Assembly (NCBI GenBank): GCA_963740315.1
Contig: CAVUDP010000004.1
Coordinates: 800,001 to 864,000 of the forward strand
DNA length: 64,000 nucleotides
Origin: an uncultured cyanobacterium
GTDB lineage: Bacteria; Cyanobacteriota; Cyanobacteriia; Cyanobacteriales; Nostocaceae
Direction: 5' to 3'
Below are positions 12,108 through 23,939 of this stretch, piece after piece (within the stretch, counting starts at the first letter, position 1; each line of letters starts with the position of its first letter). Position numbers and translations under genes: made by a program. The notes beneath the pieces are model-generated. The model was not told where the DNA came from and did no database searches. It saw nothing but the letters and a program-made list of their open reading frames with translations.

Positions 12108-15100
12108 TTACTGCTCTTCTTGTATCGTCTCGCGGGTAAGAGATTCGTAAGTAGGACGAGGTGGTGTACGACGAGAGTTTTGGTCTGTCATCAGGTCAAC
12201 TTCTACATCCAATGAGCTACCGTCATTTTGAGTTTCTACTTTATGGACTGCGATATCTAGTCCCAAAGACTGTAATTCTCGCATCAACACTTTGAATGAT
12301 TCTGGCGTTCCCGGACGAGGGATTGCTTTACCTTTAACAATGGCGTTAAGAGCTTCGTTACGTCCTTGCATATCGTCGGATTTAACGGTTAGCAATTCCT
12401 GCAACGTATAAGCAGCACCGAATGCTTCCAAAGCCCATACTTCCATTTCTCCGAAACGCTGACCGCCTTGCTGTGCTTTACCACCCAACGGTTGTTGTGT
12501 TACCAGAGAGTAAGGACCCGTAGAACGAGCGTGGATTTTATCGTCTACCAAGTGGACTAATTTGAGCATATAAGCTACGCCTATAGTCACCGCTCGGTCG
12601 AAAGGTTCGCCGGTACGACCGTCATAAACCTGAATTTTTCCGGAATCGTTGGGATTATACACCCAGTCTTTGCCGGTTTCGTCTCTTGCTTCTTGCAATT
12701 TCCCATGAACGATTTGCCGCGATGACTCTTCGCCATACATTTCATCGAAAGGTGTAATCTTAAACCTGACTCCCAAAGTATGACCAGCCCAACCCAGCAA
12801 GCATTCAAATACTTGTCCTACGTTCATGCGACTTGGTACGCCCAAGGGGTTAAGTACGATATCCACACAAGAACCGTCTGGCAGATAAGGCATATCTTCT
12901 AAAGGTAATATCTTGGAAATAATCCCTTTATTACCGTGCCGTCCCGCCATTTTGTCGCCGACTTGAATTTTCCGCTTTTGGGCTACGTAAACTCGCACCA
13001 CCATGTTTGCTCCCGGTGGTAGTTCGTCACCTTGCTCGCGGGTAAATATCCGGACATCTACGACCCTTCCTTTTTCACCGTTGGGTACCCGCAAAGAGTT
13101 ATCTCTTACGTCCCTGGCTTTCTCACCAAAAATTGCCCGCAGCAATTTCTCTTCCGGCGGCTGGTCTGATTCACCTTTGGGTGTAACTTTACCTACTAAG
13201 ATATCTCCAGCTTCTACCCAGGCACCAACGCGGATAATTCCCTGCTCGTCCAAGTTTCGCAGCGCATCTTCACCAACGTTAGGAATTTCTCTGGTGATTT
13301 CCTCCGGACCTAACTTGGTTTGTCTTGCCTCAATTTCGTATTTCTCAATGTGAACTGAGGTATAAACGTCATCTTGCACCAAGCGTTCGCTAATCAGAAT
13401 TGCATCTTCGTAGTTGTAGCCTTCCCAAGGCATATACGCTACTACGATGTTTTGTCCCAATGCTAATTCGCCACCTTCGGTGGAAGAACCATCTGCAAGC
13501 ACCTGTCCGGCAATAACTCTTTCTCCGATCCTTACCAAAGGTCTTTGGTTCAAACAAGTGTCTTGGTTGGAACGCTGGTATTTAGAAATTATATATTTTT
13601 CTTCGGGACTATCTGGTGCGGGACGGACGCGAATTTCTGTAGCGTCTACATAAGTAACGTCGCCGTCGGTGCGGGATACTATCACCATCCCCGAATCTCT
13701 CGCAGCTTGGGCTTCCAAACCAGTTCCTACTAAAGGACGCTCTGGTTTAAGCAATGGTACCGCTTGCCGTTGCATGTTCGACCCCATCAACGCTCGGTTA
13801 GCGTCGTCATGCTCCAAGAATGGAATCAAGCTCGTTGCTACCGAAACAATTTGCACCGGAGAAACTGCAACATAATCCACCTGTTCGGCTGTTGTAGTCG
13901 CCCAGTCTTGACGATAACGTACTGGTATTTGCGTACCAATAATATAGCCATTTTCATCGAGAGGCGTGTCACCCGGAGCAACCCGCAAATCATCTTCCTC
14001 ATCAGCAGTCATGTAAAGCGCTTGCTTCTCAAACATGACTTTTCCGTTTTCTACCGGACGGAAAGGAGTTTCCAAAAAGCCATATGAATTGACTTTGGCG
14101 TGAGTTGCTAAAGAACCAATTAATCCCGCGTTTGGTCCTTCTGGCGTTTCAATAGGACATATACGTCCGTAGTGACTTGGGTGAATATCTCGTACCGCAA
14201 AACCAGCACGTTCGCGAGTTAAACCACCAGGACCAAGTGCCGACAATCTGCGTTTGTGCGTCAGTTCAGCCAAAGGATTAGTTTGATCCATGAACTGAGA
14301 TAGCTGCGACGAACCAAAGAATTCTTTGATTGCTGCTACCAACGGTTTGGGGTTAACCAAAGAAGCAGGAGTTAGTGACTCGGAATCGGATACGGTCATA
14401 CGTTCGCGGATAATCCGCTCCAAACGATTCAAACCTACCCGTACCTGGTTTTGCAGCAGTTCGCCGACACTTCTAACTCGGCGATTTCCCAGGTGATCGA
14501 TGTCATCTATATTACCAATGTCAAATTCTAAATTAATCAGGTAATCGACTGCTGCCAAAATATCTGGAGCCGTTAATACCCTGAGTGTATCTGGAATTTG
14601 CAGGCGTAACTTTTTATTTAGCTTATAGCGTCCAACTCGCCCTAAATCGTAGCGTTTAGCGTCGAAAAAGCGCGAATCTAAAAGCTGTTGTCCACCTAAT
14701 ACTGTCGGAGGTTCGCCGGGACGGAGTTTACGGTACAATTCCATCAGGGCTTCTTCTTCAGAGAACTCCCCTTCTTTTTCAATGGTTTTTTGGAAGTATT
14801 CCGGGTGACGCAAAGCATCAAAAATTTCGTTATTGGTAAGTCCCAAGGCTTTCAGCAAAACTTGAGCCGAAAGTTTCCTTGTCTTATCAATTCTTACCCA
14901 AACCAGATCGTTACGGTCTGTTTCAAATTTCAGCCATGCTCCCCGGTTGGGAATTAAACTAGCAGAATAAGTACGGCGACCATTTTTATCGATTTCGGAT
15001 TTGTAATAGACTCCTGGGGATCTAACTATCTGGTTGACAATTACCCGCTCTGCACCGTTAATAATAAAAGTGCCGCGTTCGGTCATTAAAGGCAAGTCTC

Positions 15101-15407
15101 CGATAAATACTTCTTGCTCTTTAATTTCCCCAGTCTCTTTATTTATCAAGCGTGTAGGTACGTACATTTGCACCGCATAGGTGCTGTCTCGCCGCTTGGA
15201 TTCGTCTACACCATACTTAGGCTCTTTTAACTTGTATTTTTGTCCTAAGAAGTGCAGTTCCAGTTTGCCGGTGTAATCTGTAATTGGACTAAAGGAATTA
15301 AGTTCTTCTATTAACCCTTCTTCTAAAAACCAGCGAAAACTAGAACGCTGAATTTCAATCAAGTCGGGCAACATGAAGCCCGGTTCCGTCATTGAGTCGT
15401 AATTCAT
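12108..15407 (-). CDS. rpoB: DNA-directed RNA polymerase subunit beta (ATG at 15407; alternative TTG at 15419)
   Basis: [43 protein letters not shown]. Confidence 0.99.
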   Translation of the reverse strand: MNYDSMTEPGFMLPDLIEIQRSSFRWFLEEGLIEELNSFSPITDYTGKLELHFLGQKYKLKEPKYGVDESKRRDSTYAVQMYVPTRLINKETGEIKEQEVFIGDLPLMTERGTFIINGAERVIVNQIVRSPGVYYKSEIDKNGRRTYSASLIPNRGAWLKFETDRNDLVWVRIDKTRKLSAQVLLKALGLTNNEIFDALRHPEYFQKTIEKEGEFSEEEALMELYRKLRPGEPPTVLGGQQLLDSRFFDAKRYDLGRVGRYKLNKKLRLQIPDTLRVLTAPDILAAVDYLINLEFDIGNIDDIDHLGNRRVRSVGELLQNQVRVGLNRLERIIRERMTVSDSESLTPASLVNPKPLVAAIKEFFGSSQLSQFMDQTNPLAELTHKRRLSALGPGGLTRERAGFAVRDIHPSHYGRICPIETPEGPNAGLIGSLATHAKVNSYGFLETPFRPVENGKVMFEKQALYMTADEEDDLRVAPGDTPLDENGYIIGTQIPVRYRQDWATTTAEQVDYVAVSPVQIVSVATSLIPFLEHDDANRALMGSNMQRQAVPLLKPERPLVGTGLEAQAARDSGMVIVSRTDGDVTYVDATEIRVRPAPDSPEEKYIISKYQRSNQDTCLNQRPLVRIGERVIAGQVLADGSSTEGGELALGQNIVVAYMPWEGYNYEDAILISERLVQDDVYTSVHIEKYEIEARQTKLGPEEITREIPNVGEDALRNLDEQGIIRVGAWVEAGDILVGKVTPKGESDQPPEEKLLRAIFGEKARDVRDNSLRVPNGEKGRVVDVRIFTREQGDELPPGANMVVRVYVAQKRKIQVGDKMAGRHGNKGIISKILPLEDMPYLPDGSCVDIVLNPLGVPSRMNVGQVFECLLGWAGHTLGVRFKITPFDEMYGEESSRQIVHGKLQEARDETGKDWVYNPNDSGKIQVYDGRTGEPFDRAVTIGVAYMLKLVHLVDDKIHARSTGPYSLVTQQPLGGKAQQGGQRFGEMEVWALEAFGAAYTLQELLTVKSDDMQGRNEALNAIVKGKAIPRPGTPESFKVLMRELQSLGLDIAVHKVETQNDGSSLDVEVDLMTDQNSRRTPPRPTYESLTRETIQEEQ

Positions 15408-16145
15408 GCCTAAATTCAATTCTATAGAGGGCTAAATTTGTATGGATGTGTTGAATATTTAATCGCACTGCTATCGTAGGGAAAGCGATTGTGCAAAAAA
15501 ATGGAAGAATTAAAGCCGATACATGGCATCTCTATAAAAAATTAATCCTCCCAAGCAAGAAGGTATATGCCAACACTTAATTATTTGTTTGAGTTTGTTT
15601 GACTCGGAGCTAACTTTTTGCTTCAGAAGAAACTGTTTTACTTTGCTCATTTCCCCTCCCTTTTGGCGCTTTAATTCAAACCAATTGCCGTCTAATACTA
15701 TGCTTCCAACGCTATCCCAATCTTTATACCGTCGCAGTGATGATATCCTATTACTAAAGAAATTAATCAGAGCAATCAATAGTTTTTCTCGAATGACTCG
15801 GCAATAATGCGGGCAGATTCTTCTAGTCCCAAACTCCGAACCTTAAACAATTTTCTATAAATGAAATAATTTAGCCTTCAAGGGTAAGCTATATATCACT
15901 CATCCTTGTTTTTTAAGCGGTAATTATCGATTATAGATATCCGCTAACGCAAAAAAACAAAAGAATTAACGCTTTGGATCTGCTTTTATTTGAGCGATTG
16001 CTCCAGCAAATAGAAGACTTGAATGTCACTTAACTATTATGACCCAAGCAAGCATAATCGGAGGCAAGCATTTTAGCATATTTTCCCTCCTCCTAAAGTA
16101 AGATTTTTGATTAGCCAAACAAATATTGACATCAAAGTAGTTTTT

Positions 16146-16931
16146 TCATAACTTTAAGCCAAACAATTCACAGGCATTAGACGTGGTAGTTGCAGCAATT
16201 GACTCCAAACTTTCTCCTCGCAAGCTAGCTAATTGTTCGGCTACGAAACGAACGTAAGATGGTTCGTTGCGTTTTTGACCTCGTTTTGGAACCGGAGATA
16301 GAAAAGGGCAGTCAGTTTCAATTAAAAGGCGATCGCTTTTCACCATAGTGGCTGACTCTTTGATTGCATGGGCATTCTTGAAAGTAACGGTTCCGCTGAA
16401 GCTGATATAAAACCCTAAGTCCAAAAACCATTGGGTTTCGGAGGGGGTTCCACCCCAACAATGCATTACTCCCCGCACCTTTTCTCCATACCGCTCTTGG
16501 AAACGACATAGCACTTGCTTCAACTTCAATGCCGCATCTCTACAGTGGATAATAACTGGTAAGTTCAATTTCGTCGCTATTTCCAACTGCTTTTCTAGCA
16601 CCAAAAGTTGCTGCTCGTAATTATCAGCTTTATAAAAATCCAGCCCCATCTCCCCAATCGCGACAATTTTATCCCCGGTGTTAGCCAAGGATTCAATTTG
16701 ATTGGCTGTTTCGGATGTCCATTTATGGGCATCTAAGGGATGTAATCCTACGGCAAAGCTAATTTCAGGAAACCTATCGGCTAATGCCTGGATTCCCGAA
16801 AATTCCGATGGTTCAACGCATGAATGCACCAGACGCACTACACCCGCTTCTTGCCATCGAGAGCGCACCGCTTCCAAATCGGGCTGGAATTGGTCAAAGT
16901 TAAGATGTACGTGGGTGTCAATCAACTGCAT
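16146..16931 (-). CDS. tatD: TatD family deoxyribonuclease
   Basis: [30 protein letters not shown]. Usual position between rpsT and rpoB. Confidence 0.93.
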   Translation of the reverse strand: MQLIDTHVHLNFDQFQPDLEAVRSRWQEAGVVRLVHSCVEPSEFSGIQALADRFPEISFAVGLHPLDAHKWTSETANQIESLANTGDKIVAIGEMGLDFYKADNYEQQLLVLEKQLEIATKLNLPVIIHCRDAALKLKQVLCRFQERYGEKVRGVMHCWGGTPSETQWFLDLGFYISFSGTVTFKNAHAIKESATMVKSDRLLIETDCPFLSPVPKRGQKRNEPSYVRFVAEQLASLRGESLESIAATTTSNACELFGLKL

Positions 16932-16994
16932 TAATTTATCCTTTGAAGGAAAGTCAGCAATTAATCGTAATTACAACTGACTTTATAACACCAA

Positions 16995-17309
<315 letters not shown>

Positions 17310-17560
17310 CTATATATGTACGCACACTAATAGCCTTACTAATATAGCATCCAATTTGTCAATATGATGATGCTACAAAAAAATATCTGAAATCTTTTTG
17401 GTGGTAGTCCATATTTTCACCTGCCTGCACCTCCTTGACGAGAAACCGGGCAATTATGCTTTTAGTTCGGAGAAACCCGGAATATGTTTTTACTTGTTGA
17501 GACTATGCTGTTCGGTGAGGAAGTTATATAACCGTTCCCCTACCTATTGCCATGAATCAA

Positions 17561-18412
17561 TCAAGATAAAGTTCCAGTATAATGCTCTAATGTTGCTTCA
17601 CCAAATAGTAGTTTACTATCTTTTACTTTGCCAATGATATTATTTTTTTTAGTGTAAGAAAATATAGCCGTACAACGCTGTCGATCGCCTGCTACTTTTG
17701 TAACGCGATGCAGAGATAATTTACCTTGAAATATCTGTAAGTCTCCTGGCTGTAAATGATTTTTTTCCACTCCTTGGTAACATCCATGTAAAACTTGGCT
17801 CACTAATTCCAAATTTTCATTTGATGGAGTTCTAATATTAGGAGTATATTCAAAAACTCCCCCTTCGCTGGCGGATTGAATCATCAAAACAACGCTGAAA
17901 TCATTGCGATCGTAATGCCACGGATGTTGTGCGCCCTGTTGTAAAATATTTAATACTAATCCTGCTAAAGGGTCATCATATTCATATATTACTTCTGTTG
18001 CCAAACAAGCAGCAATAAACTTTTGAAAAATTGCTGCGTGGTAAAGAGTGAGAAAAAGCGATCGCGATGGAAATTTATTCTGTGGAACAAAAGCATTTGT
18101 TCGCTCCATAAACAATCGTGCGGGATGTTCGGGTGCTAGCGTTGGATCGTCATCTGTTTTAAATATATTTGTTTTTCTTGTAGCATAGTATGCTTGACTC
18201 TCAAGAGATAATGATTCTTGTTGAGCCTCAAAAATTGCCTCAGTTGTTAAAAAGTTTTTTAATATACAGCATCCTCTTTGCTGCAACTGTTGGCGACAAC
18301 TATCAATTAAATCTAAAGATTTTTTTTGAAATAGGTCTGCAATGGGATACTGTTGTAAATTTATAATTTCTTCAATTTTTAGTGACGCTTTTGTAAATTC
18401 TTCACTAACCAT
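17561..18412 (-). CDS. Fe(II)/2-oxoglutarate-dependent oxygenase, BesD/HalD (ArpA-like) family, hydroxylase-type HxD
   Basis: HPWHYD...GGVFEY.PNIR...PGDLQIFQG..SLHRVT.V.G...R: HxD...H facial triad plus the 2OG-binding Arg. Confidence 0.75.
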   Translation of the reverse strand: MVSEEFTKASLKIEEIINLQQYPIADLFQKKSLDLIDSCRQQLQQRGCCILKNFLTTEAIFEAQQESLSLESQAYYATRKTNIFKTDDDPTLAPEHPARLFMERTNAFVPQNKFPSRSLFLTLYHAAIFQKFIAACLATEVIYEYDDPLAGLVLNILQQGAQHPWHYDRNDFSVVLMIQSASEGGVFEYTPNIRTPSNENLELVSQVLHGCYQGVEKNHLQPGDLQIFQGKLSLHRVTKVAGDRQRCTAIFSYTKKNNIIGKVKDSKLLFGEATLEHYTGTLS

Positions 18413-18651
18413 TACATACCTGCTTTGAGATTTGAGTTAATTGTGTACAATGACGGTTCGATCGCTTCTCAAACAGCGATTATTATAGCAGATACTAACT
18501 TTTAAGTGACTTGAAAGCGACTTAATAGTGGCGAGTAGGAACCGGAATGAAAATTTAGTGTAGCTAATCCTAAATCGATAGTATCTCTGTGACAAGGCTA
18601 TCAAATAAAAATTAAGACTTTTATTGTATCTAGATATTATTCAAACAAACT

Positions 18652-20385
18652 ATGATGTACCAATTCCAAAATTCACTTCCCAAATTACCTTTACCAACAT
18701 TAGAACAAACTTGCAAACTTTACATTCAGATAGTTGCACCGTTATTAAACCAAGAAGAATTGACGCAAACCCAAGCCGTAGTTGAGGAATTTCAGCAGGA
18801 AAGCGGTAAAAAATTACAGCAGCAATTAGAAATAATTAATAGCGCTACCAAAACCAGTTACGTTCACGATTACCGGGAAGAAAGTTTCTCGGAATATCGC
18901 GGGGCTTTAATGATCGATAAAAATTTTGGCGGCATACTTACACCAATTTCCCAACCAGAGTTACCCCAAGCTAAAGTTGCTGCAACTTGGATTGTCGATA
19001 CTTTGAAGTTTTACCTAAAAATTAAACGACGCGAACTTGAACCAGATAGAGATTCACCGCGTAGTGGGAATCAACCAATGTGTATGGTTCAGTACGATAA
19101 TTTATTTGGCTGGAATCGGATTCCTGGTATTAAACGCGATGGAATGCGCCATAGTCCAGAACGAGAGAATGTTATAGTTATTTACCGCAATACGTTTTAC
19201 TCGCTACAACCGCTCAAAGAAGAAATTGCATCAGTCGCACAAATCGAGCAACAAATAAATTGGATTTTAGAGAATACTTCCTCCGATGAACCAGCTTTAG
19301 GAGCATTAACGGCGATGAAAAGGGCTTCTTGGGCTGTAGTTCGTCAAGGTACAGCAGCTTTACCAGAAAATGCTCGTTGTTTAGATTTATTAGATAGTGC
19401 TTTATTTGTAGTTTGTTTGGATGAGACAGCGCCAGCAAATATAGAAGCTGCTGCTAAAAATGTACTGCATGGAGATGGAAAAAATCGCTGGTTTGATAAG
19501 CCTTTACAGTTAATTTTTACACCTAATGGCTGGTCGGGTATTAATGTCGAACACGTGGGAATTGATGGTTTTGTCATCATGCGTTATCTGTATGAAGTTA
19601 ATCAAGAACGCCTTTCTCAAAACCAAAAATCGGTAGAAGATACATTTGTTTTGGAGCTACCCATAAAATTGCGGTGGCAGTTCAGTGAAGAAATTTTGGC
19701 GGAAATTAAGCAAGCAGAAGTTGAAGTTGAGGGCTTTATTTCCGAACACGAAACAAAGGTTTTGGACTACCAAGAATTTGGGCGAAATTTGATTAAGAAC
19801 TACCGTTTGAGTCCGGATGCTGTTGTGCAATTAGCAATTCAAATTGCTTATGTAAAATTACGGGATAAGATTGATTGCGTGTATGAATCAGTGCATACTC
19901 GGCGGTTTGCCTACGGGCGTACAGAAGCAATGCGATCGGTTACTCCTGAGTCTATTGAATTGATTCGCAGTTTTACTCAAGAAGATTCAGGTGAGGCAAA
20001 ATACGCAGCCCTTAAAAAAGCTGTTGCCGCTCATGTCTCTCGCCAGAAAGACTGTCAGCAAGGATACGGCGTTGACCGTCATTTATCAGCACTTTTACGG
20101 TTGGCGCGTGCCCAAGGAATGATGCCGAAAATCTATCAAGATAAAGCCTACAAAGTTCTGGGTGATTCAACTATCTGTACGAGTAGTTTAGCCGCAGGAA
20201 TGGGTATGGAATTATTTTGTTTTGGTCAAGTGGTAGATAACGGCTACGGTATCGGCTATATTATCAAGCCCGATAGTATAACTGTGAGTTTTACTAGTAA
20301 GTATCAAAATACGCAAGAATATATTGAGTGCTTAAAACAAACTTTTTCAGAGTTTAGCAAGTTAATGGCTGAGTTTGGTAATTAA
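18652..20385 (+). CDS. choline/carnitine O-acyltransferase family protein
   Basis: LPKLPLPTLEQT, PMCMVQY, NRWFDKPLQ, catalytic EHxxxDG, SPDA, YES..TRRF..GRTE, GVDRHL, CTSS, GYGIGY. Confidence 0.92.
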   Translation: MMYQFQNSLPKLPLPTLEQTCKLYIQIVAPLLNQEELTQTQAVVEEFQQESGKKLQQQLEIINSATKTSYVHDYREESFSEYRGALMIDKNFGGILTPISQPELPQAKVAATWIVDTLKFYLKIKRRELEPDRDSPRSGNQPMCMVQYDNLFGWNRIPGIKRDGMRHSPERENVIVIYRNTFYSLQPLKEEIASVAQIEQQINWILENTSSDEPALGALTAMKRASWAVVRQGTAALPENARCLDLLDSALFVVCLDETAPANIEAAAKNVLHGDGKNRWFDKPLQLIFTPNGWSGINVEHVGIDGFVIMRYLYEVNQERLSQNQKSVEDTFVLELPIKLRWQFSEEILAEIKQAEVEVEGFISEHETKVLDYQEFGRNLIKNYRLSPDAVVQLAIQIAYVKLRDKIDCVYESVHTRRFAYGRTEAMRSVTPESIELIRSFTQEDSGEAKYAALKKAVAAHVSRQKDCQQGYGVDRHLSALLRLARAQGMMPKIYQDKAYKVLGDSTICTSSLAAGMGMELFCFGQVVDNGYGIGYIIKPDSITVSFTSKYQNTQEYIECLKQTFSEFSKLMAEFGN

Positions 20386-20555
20386 AATTGTAAGGATTTG
20401 AGGCTAATATCATAAAGCAGGCAAACAGCCTGCTTATTTTATAGTAATTGTTAAATCGGATTGTAAATACCAACTTAACTTGCAGTTGCTCTAAGATTTA
20501 GGAGTAAAATATATAACTGTGTTCTTTTTGGCTTACTAGCACTGAATTTATACAA

Positions 20556-22229
20556 ATGCTGCTCAACAACCGCTATCGGATAATTCAAACTTTAGGAAGC
20601 GGTGGATTTGGAGAAACTTTTTTAGCTGAAGATACCCAGATACCTTCGACTCGACGATGTGTAATCAAACAATTAAGAATAATTCAAGATAATCCTCAAA
20701 CTTATGAACTTGTACAGCAAAGGTTTGCACGGGAAGCGGCAATTTTAGAAGAATTAGGTGACGGCAACTCTCAGATTCCTAGATTGTATGCGTATTTTAG
20801 CGAAGGGCAGCAATTTTATTTAGCTCAAGAGTATATTCAAGGGCAAACTTTGAGCGAAGCAGTCGCAACTCGTGGGCGCTTGAGCGAATCCAGGGTGCGA
20901 GAAATATTAATTAGCTTGTTGAATATACTTGACTACGTTCATAGTAAAGGCATTGTTCACCGCGACATTAAACCAGAAAATATTATTCTCCGCTCTTCGG
21001 ATAATCAGCCAGTTTTAATCGATTTTGGTGCGGTGCGAGAGACAATGGCTGCACAAGTTAATTCTCGTGGGAATGTTACCAGTTCGATTGTCATCGGTAC
21101 GCCGGGATTTATGCCAATTGAACAAGCTGCTGGCAGGGCTGTTTTTGCCAGTGACTTGTATAGCTTGGGATTGGTAGGTATTTATTTGTTGACGGCGAAG
21201 TTACCGCAGGAGTTAGAAACAGATACTAATAGCGGTGAAATTATTTGGCAGAAAAACGGTATAAGTCCTAATTTTGCAGCAGTTTTAAATAAAGCTATTC
21301 GCTCTCATGTAAGAGAACGTTTTTCTACTGCGAAAGAAATTCTGGATGCATTACAACCGCAGCCAACCGTACAAGTCACGCCATCATCACCACCGAAAAC
21401 CGCAAAACCGAGTAATACGGGAAGTTGGTTTAAGTCGGCATTAATAGGTAGTGTAATGAGTGGATGTGCGCTGTTAGCTTTTGTATTTGTTCAAGAAAAC
21501 CAACAGTCACAAAAAGTTAATCCTGTAAAACCGAAGCCAACAGAAACACCTCCGGTAGCTGTTACTACTCCGACTCAAGCGCCGATTTCGTTTTATTTCC
21601 TGGCAGATTCGGCATTTCGAGAAATCAATAATGCTAACAATCAAATTACAGTTTTAAAGAATGCTGGCTATAACCAAGCTGGAAAATTTTGGTTGCGGGA
21701 TTATCCCAATTTATCTAATAATCCGTACCATCAAGTTTACGCGGCAAAATTTAGCAGTCGGAGCAACTGTATTGAGTCTCTGAAAAATTATATTCAACGC
21801 AATCAAAATGCTTATTGCGCTCTTGCTAGCGAAGATGGAAATGCATCGCCAAATTATTTTTATGGTTCGCAAGTAGAAACTCCTAAAATAGATTCCAAAC
21901 CATCACCAAGCCAAGCAGTAATTAATTACTATCAAACTATTAACGATCGCAATTATTCAACTAGCTGGAATCAACTTACTTCAAAATTTCAAAGAAATAA
22001 ATCTAATAATAGTTACTCCGAATATATAGACTGGTGGAATAAAGTTCAAAGGGTAGAAGTTGAACGAGCAAATACTTTATCAACAACTTCCAATACCGCA
22101 ACAGTGGAAGCACAAATGAAATATTATCTGAAATCGGGAAGAGTTATTTCCGATGCTCAACGCTTCAAATTAATATGGAATGCGACGCAGCAAAATTGGA
22201 ATTTTGACGATTCTAGCAACCTAAATTAA
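20556..22229 (+). CDS. membrane Ser/Thr protein kinase with extracytoplasmic domains
   Basis: GSGGFG, VIK, HRDIKPEN, DFG, GTPGF; TM around aa 295-312; C-terminal SPOR-like and NTF2-like segments. Confidence 0.93.
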   Translation: MLLNNRYRIIQTLGSGGFGETFLAEDTQIPSTRRCVIKQLRIIQDNPQTYELVQQRFAREAAILEELGDGNSQIPRLYAYFSEGQQFYLAQEYIQGQTLSEAVATRGRLSESRVREILISLLNILDYVHSKGIVHRDIKPENIILRSSDNQPVLIDFGAVRETMAAQVNSRGNVTSSIVIGTPGFMPIEQAAGRAVFASDLYSLGLVGIYLLTAKLPQELETDTNSGEIIWQKNGISPNFAAVLNKAIRSHVRERFSTAKEILDALQPQPTVQVTPSSPPKTAKPSNTGSWFKSALIGSVMSGCALLAFVFVQENQQSQKVNPVKPKPTETPPVAVTTPTQAPISFYFLADSAFREINNANNQITVLKNAGYNQAGKFWLRDYPNLSNNPYHQVYAAKFSSRSNCIESLKNYIQRNQNAYCALASEDGNASPNYFYGSQVETPKIDSKPSPSQAVINYYQTINDRNYSTSWNQLTSKFQRNKSNNSYSEYIDWWNKVQRVEVERANTLSTTSNTATVEAQMKYYLKSGRVISDAQRFKLIWNATQQNWNFDDSSNLN

Positions 22230-22328
22230 AGCTTTGATGAAAATATTATTATTCATATTTAAGTAAATATATAGAGGATAGTTGTATTTTTTTGTAGCTA
22301 TAGTTTAATAAATATTGGGTGTAAACCT

Positions 22329-23897
22329 ATGATGACACCGACATTATTAAACCATCGCTATAAAGTAATTCAAATTCTGGCTTCGGGGGGGTTTGGCGAA
22401 ACTTTTTTGGCTGAAGATACCCAAATGCCTTCTAAGCGTAAATGTGTAATTAAACAATTAAAACCATTAGAACACAATCCGCAAATATATCAATTAGTAC
22501 AAGAAAGATTTCAGCGAGAAGCCGCACTTTTAGAGGAATTAAGCGACGGTAAAAATCAAATTCCCCAACTATATGCTTATTTTACCTATGACGAGCAATT
22601 TTACTTAATTCAAGAATATATCGAAGGAGAAACCCTCGCAAAAAAGCTAATAAAAGAAGGAATATTAAGCGAAACCTCAGTTAAAGAAATTTTAATTAAT
22701 CTTTTACCAGTACTAGAATACATTCACAAAAAACGCATCGTTCACCGAGATATTAAACCTGACAATATTATTATTCGATCGTCAGATAAACAACCTGTTT
22801 TAATCGATTTTGGTGCAGTCAAGGAAACCATGCAAACGGTAATGGCTGTTTCCGAAAATTCTACCAAGTCGATTGTAATTGGTACACCAGGATTTATGCC
22901 CAGCGAACAAACAGCAGGAAGACCTGTATATTCTAGCGATTTGTATAGCTTGGCACTAACTGCGATATACTTACTTACGGGTAAGATGCCCCAGGAATTA
23001 CCATCAAATCCATCTACAGGTGAAATTATCTGGCAGGAATATGCTCCAAACATTACTTCTAGTTTTGCCGCAGTTTTAGATAAAGCGATTAAGTCTTATG
23101 CGCGCGATCGCTTTTCTACTGCCAAAGAAATGTTACAAGTATTGCAGGCTGAAGTAGTTGTTCCACCCACAGTACCTTACCCTACACCATCTGCAAGGGA
23201 AAGCATGCAACCTCCAACTGTAATTTCCGCACCAGTACCAGCAACAGTATCATCACCACAGATACAACCACCAACAATAGTCAATCCAGGAATGAAAGAT
23301 TGGCAAAAAGCTACGATTATAGGCAGTGTAATTGGGGTATGTGCGATCGCTGGTATTTCAATAATTAACAAACAACCAACTACAAATATTCAGGCTAAAC
23401 AACCTTTAATTGAAAGCCAAAATAGTTCTTCTGCGAATGCTACAGATTTAGTAAAATCTCCAAATCAATTTTCCGCTGCTCAATCATCGATAACAAGAGA
23501 AGCAGCTATTTCTGTATTAAATAAATGGCAAGATGCAAAACGAGAATTATTTGCACCTCCTTTCAATCGCAGTCTTGGAGCAGAATTAACTACAGGTGAA
23601 GCTTATAGAAAAAATGTCGGTGATGGTAGTTCATTAGAGTGGTTAGCAAATAATAATTCTTATTATCGATATGGGGTACAAAAAATTGATTCTGTAGAAA
23701 AGTTTATCGCTAGTAAGAATAGAGCAACAATCGATATTGTATTTACTGAAGATAGAAAATTTTATCAAAATGGGGAAATAGTTACTGGCGAGAATACTTC
23801 ATTTGATACTAGATTAGTTAGATATTCCTTACAGTTGGAAGATGGTGATTTAAAAATTTCTGATTACAAAACTCTCAACATCATTGATATCCATTGA
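22329..23897 (+). CDS. membrane Ser/Thr protein kinase with C-terminal ARC6/IMS-like (DUF4101) domain
   Basis: Kinase motifs HRDIKPDN and DFG; TM; C-terminal A...LNKWQDAK...WL..N..YY.Y...VRYSL...LKISDY. Confidence 0.92.
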   Translation: MMTPTLLNHRYKVIQILASGGFGETFLAEDTQMPSKRKCVIKQLKPLEHNPQIYQLVQERFQREAALLEELSDGKNQIPQLYAYFTYDEQFYLIQEYIEGETLAKKLIKEGILSETSVKEILINLLPVLEYIHKKRIVHRDIKPDNIIIRSSDKQPVLIDFGAVKETMQTVMAVSENSTKSIVIGTPGFMPSEQTAGRPVYSSDLYSLALTAIYLLTGKMPQELPSNPSTGEIIWQEYAPNITSSFAAVLDKAIKSYARDRFSTAKEMLQVLQAEVVVPPTVPYPTPSARESMQPPTVISAPVPATVSSPQIQPPTIVNPGMKDWQKATIIGSVIGVCAIAGISIINKQPTTNIQAKQPLIESQNSSSANATDLVKSPNQFSAAQSSITREAAISVLNKWQDAKRELFAPPFNRSLGAELTTGEAYRKNVGDGSSLEWLANNNSYYRYGVQKIDSVEKFIASKNRATIDIVFTEDRKFYQNGEIVTGENTSFDTRLVRYSLQLEDGDLKISDYKTLNIIDIH

Positions 23898-23939
23898 TTA
23901 TTTATTTATAAATCTATATTTACTATCAACATATAAACA

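Noticed and set aside
15510..15807. Two short opposing ORFs upstream of rpoB
   Set aside because: No motifs, weak starts and mutual overlap; unsupported as genes.
17561..18412. Halogenase call for the BesD-like gene
   Set aside because: The metal motif is HYD; halogenases replace the Asp with Gly or Ala.
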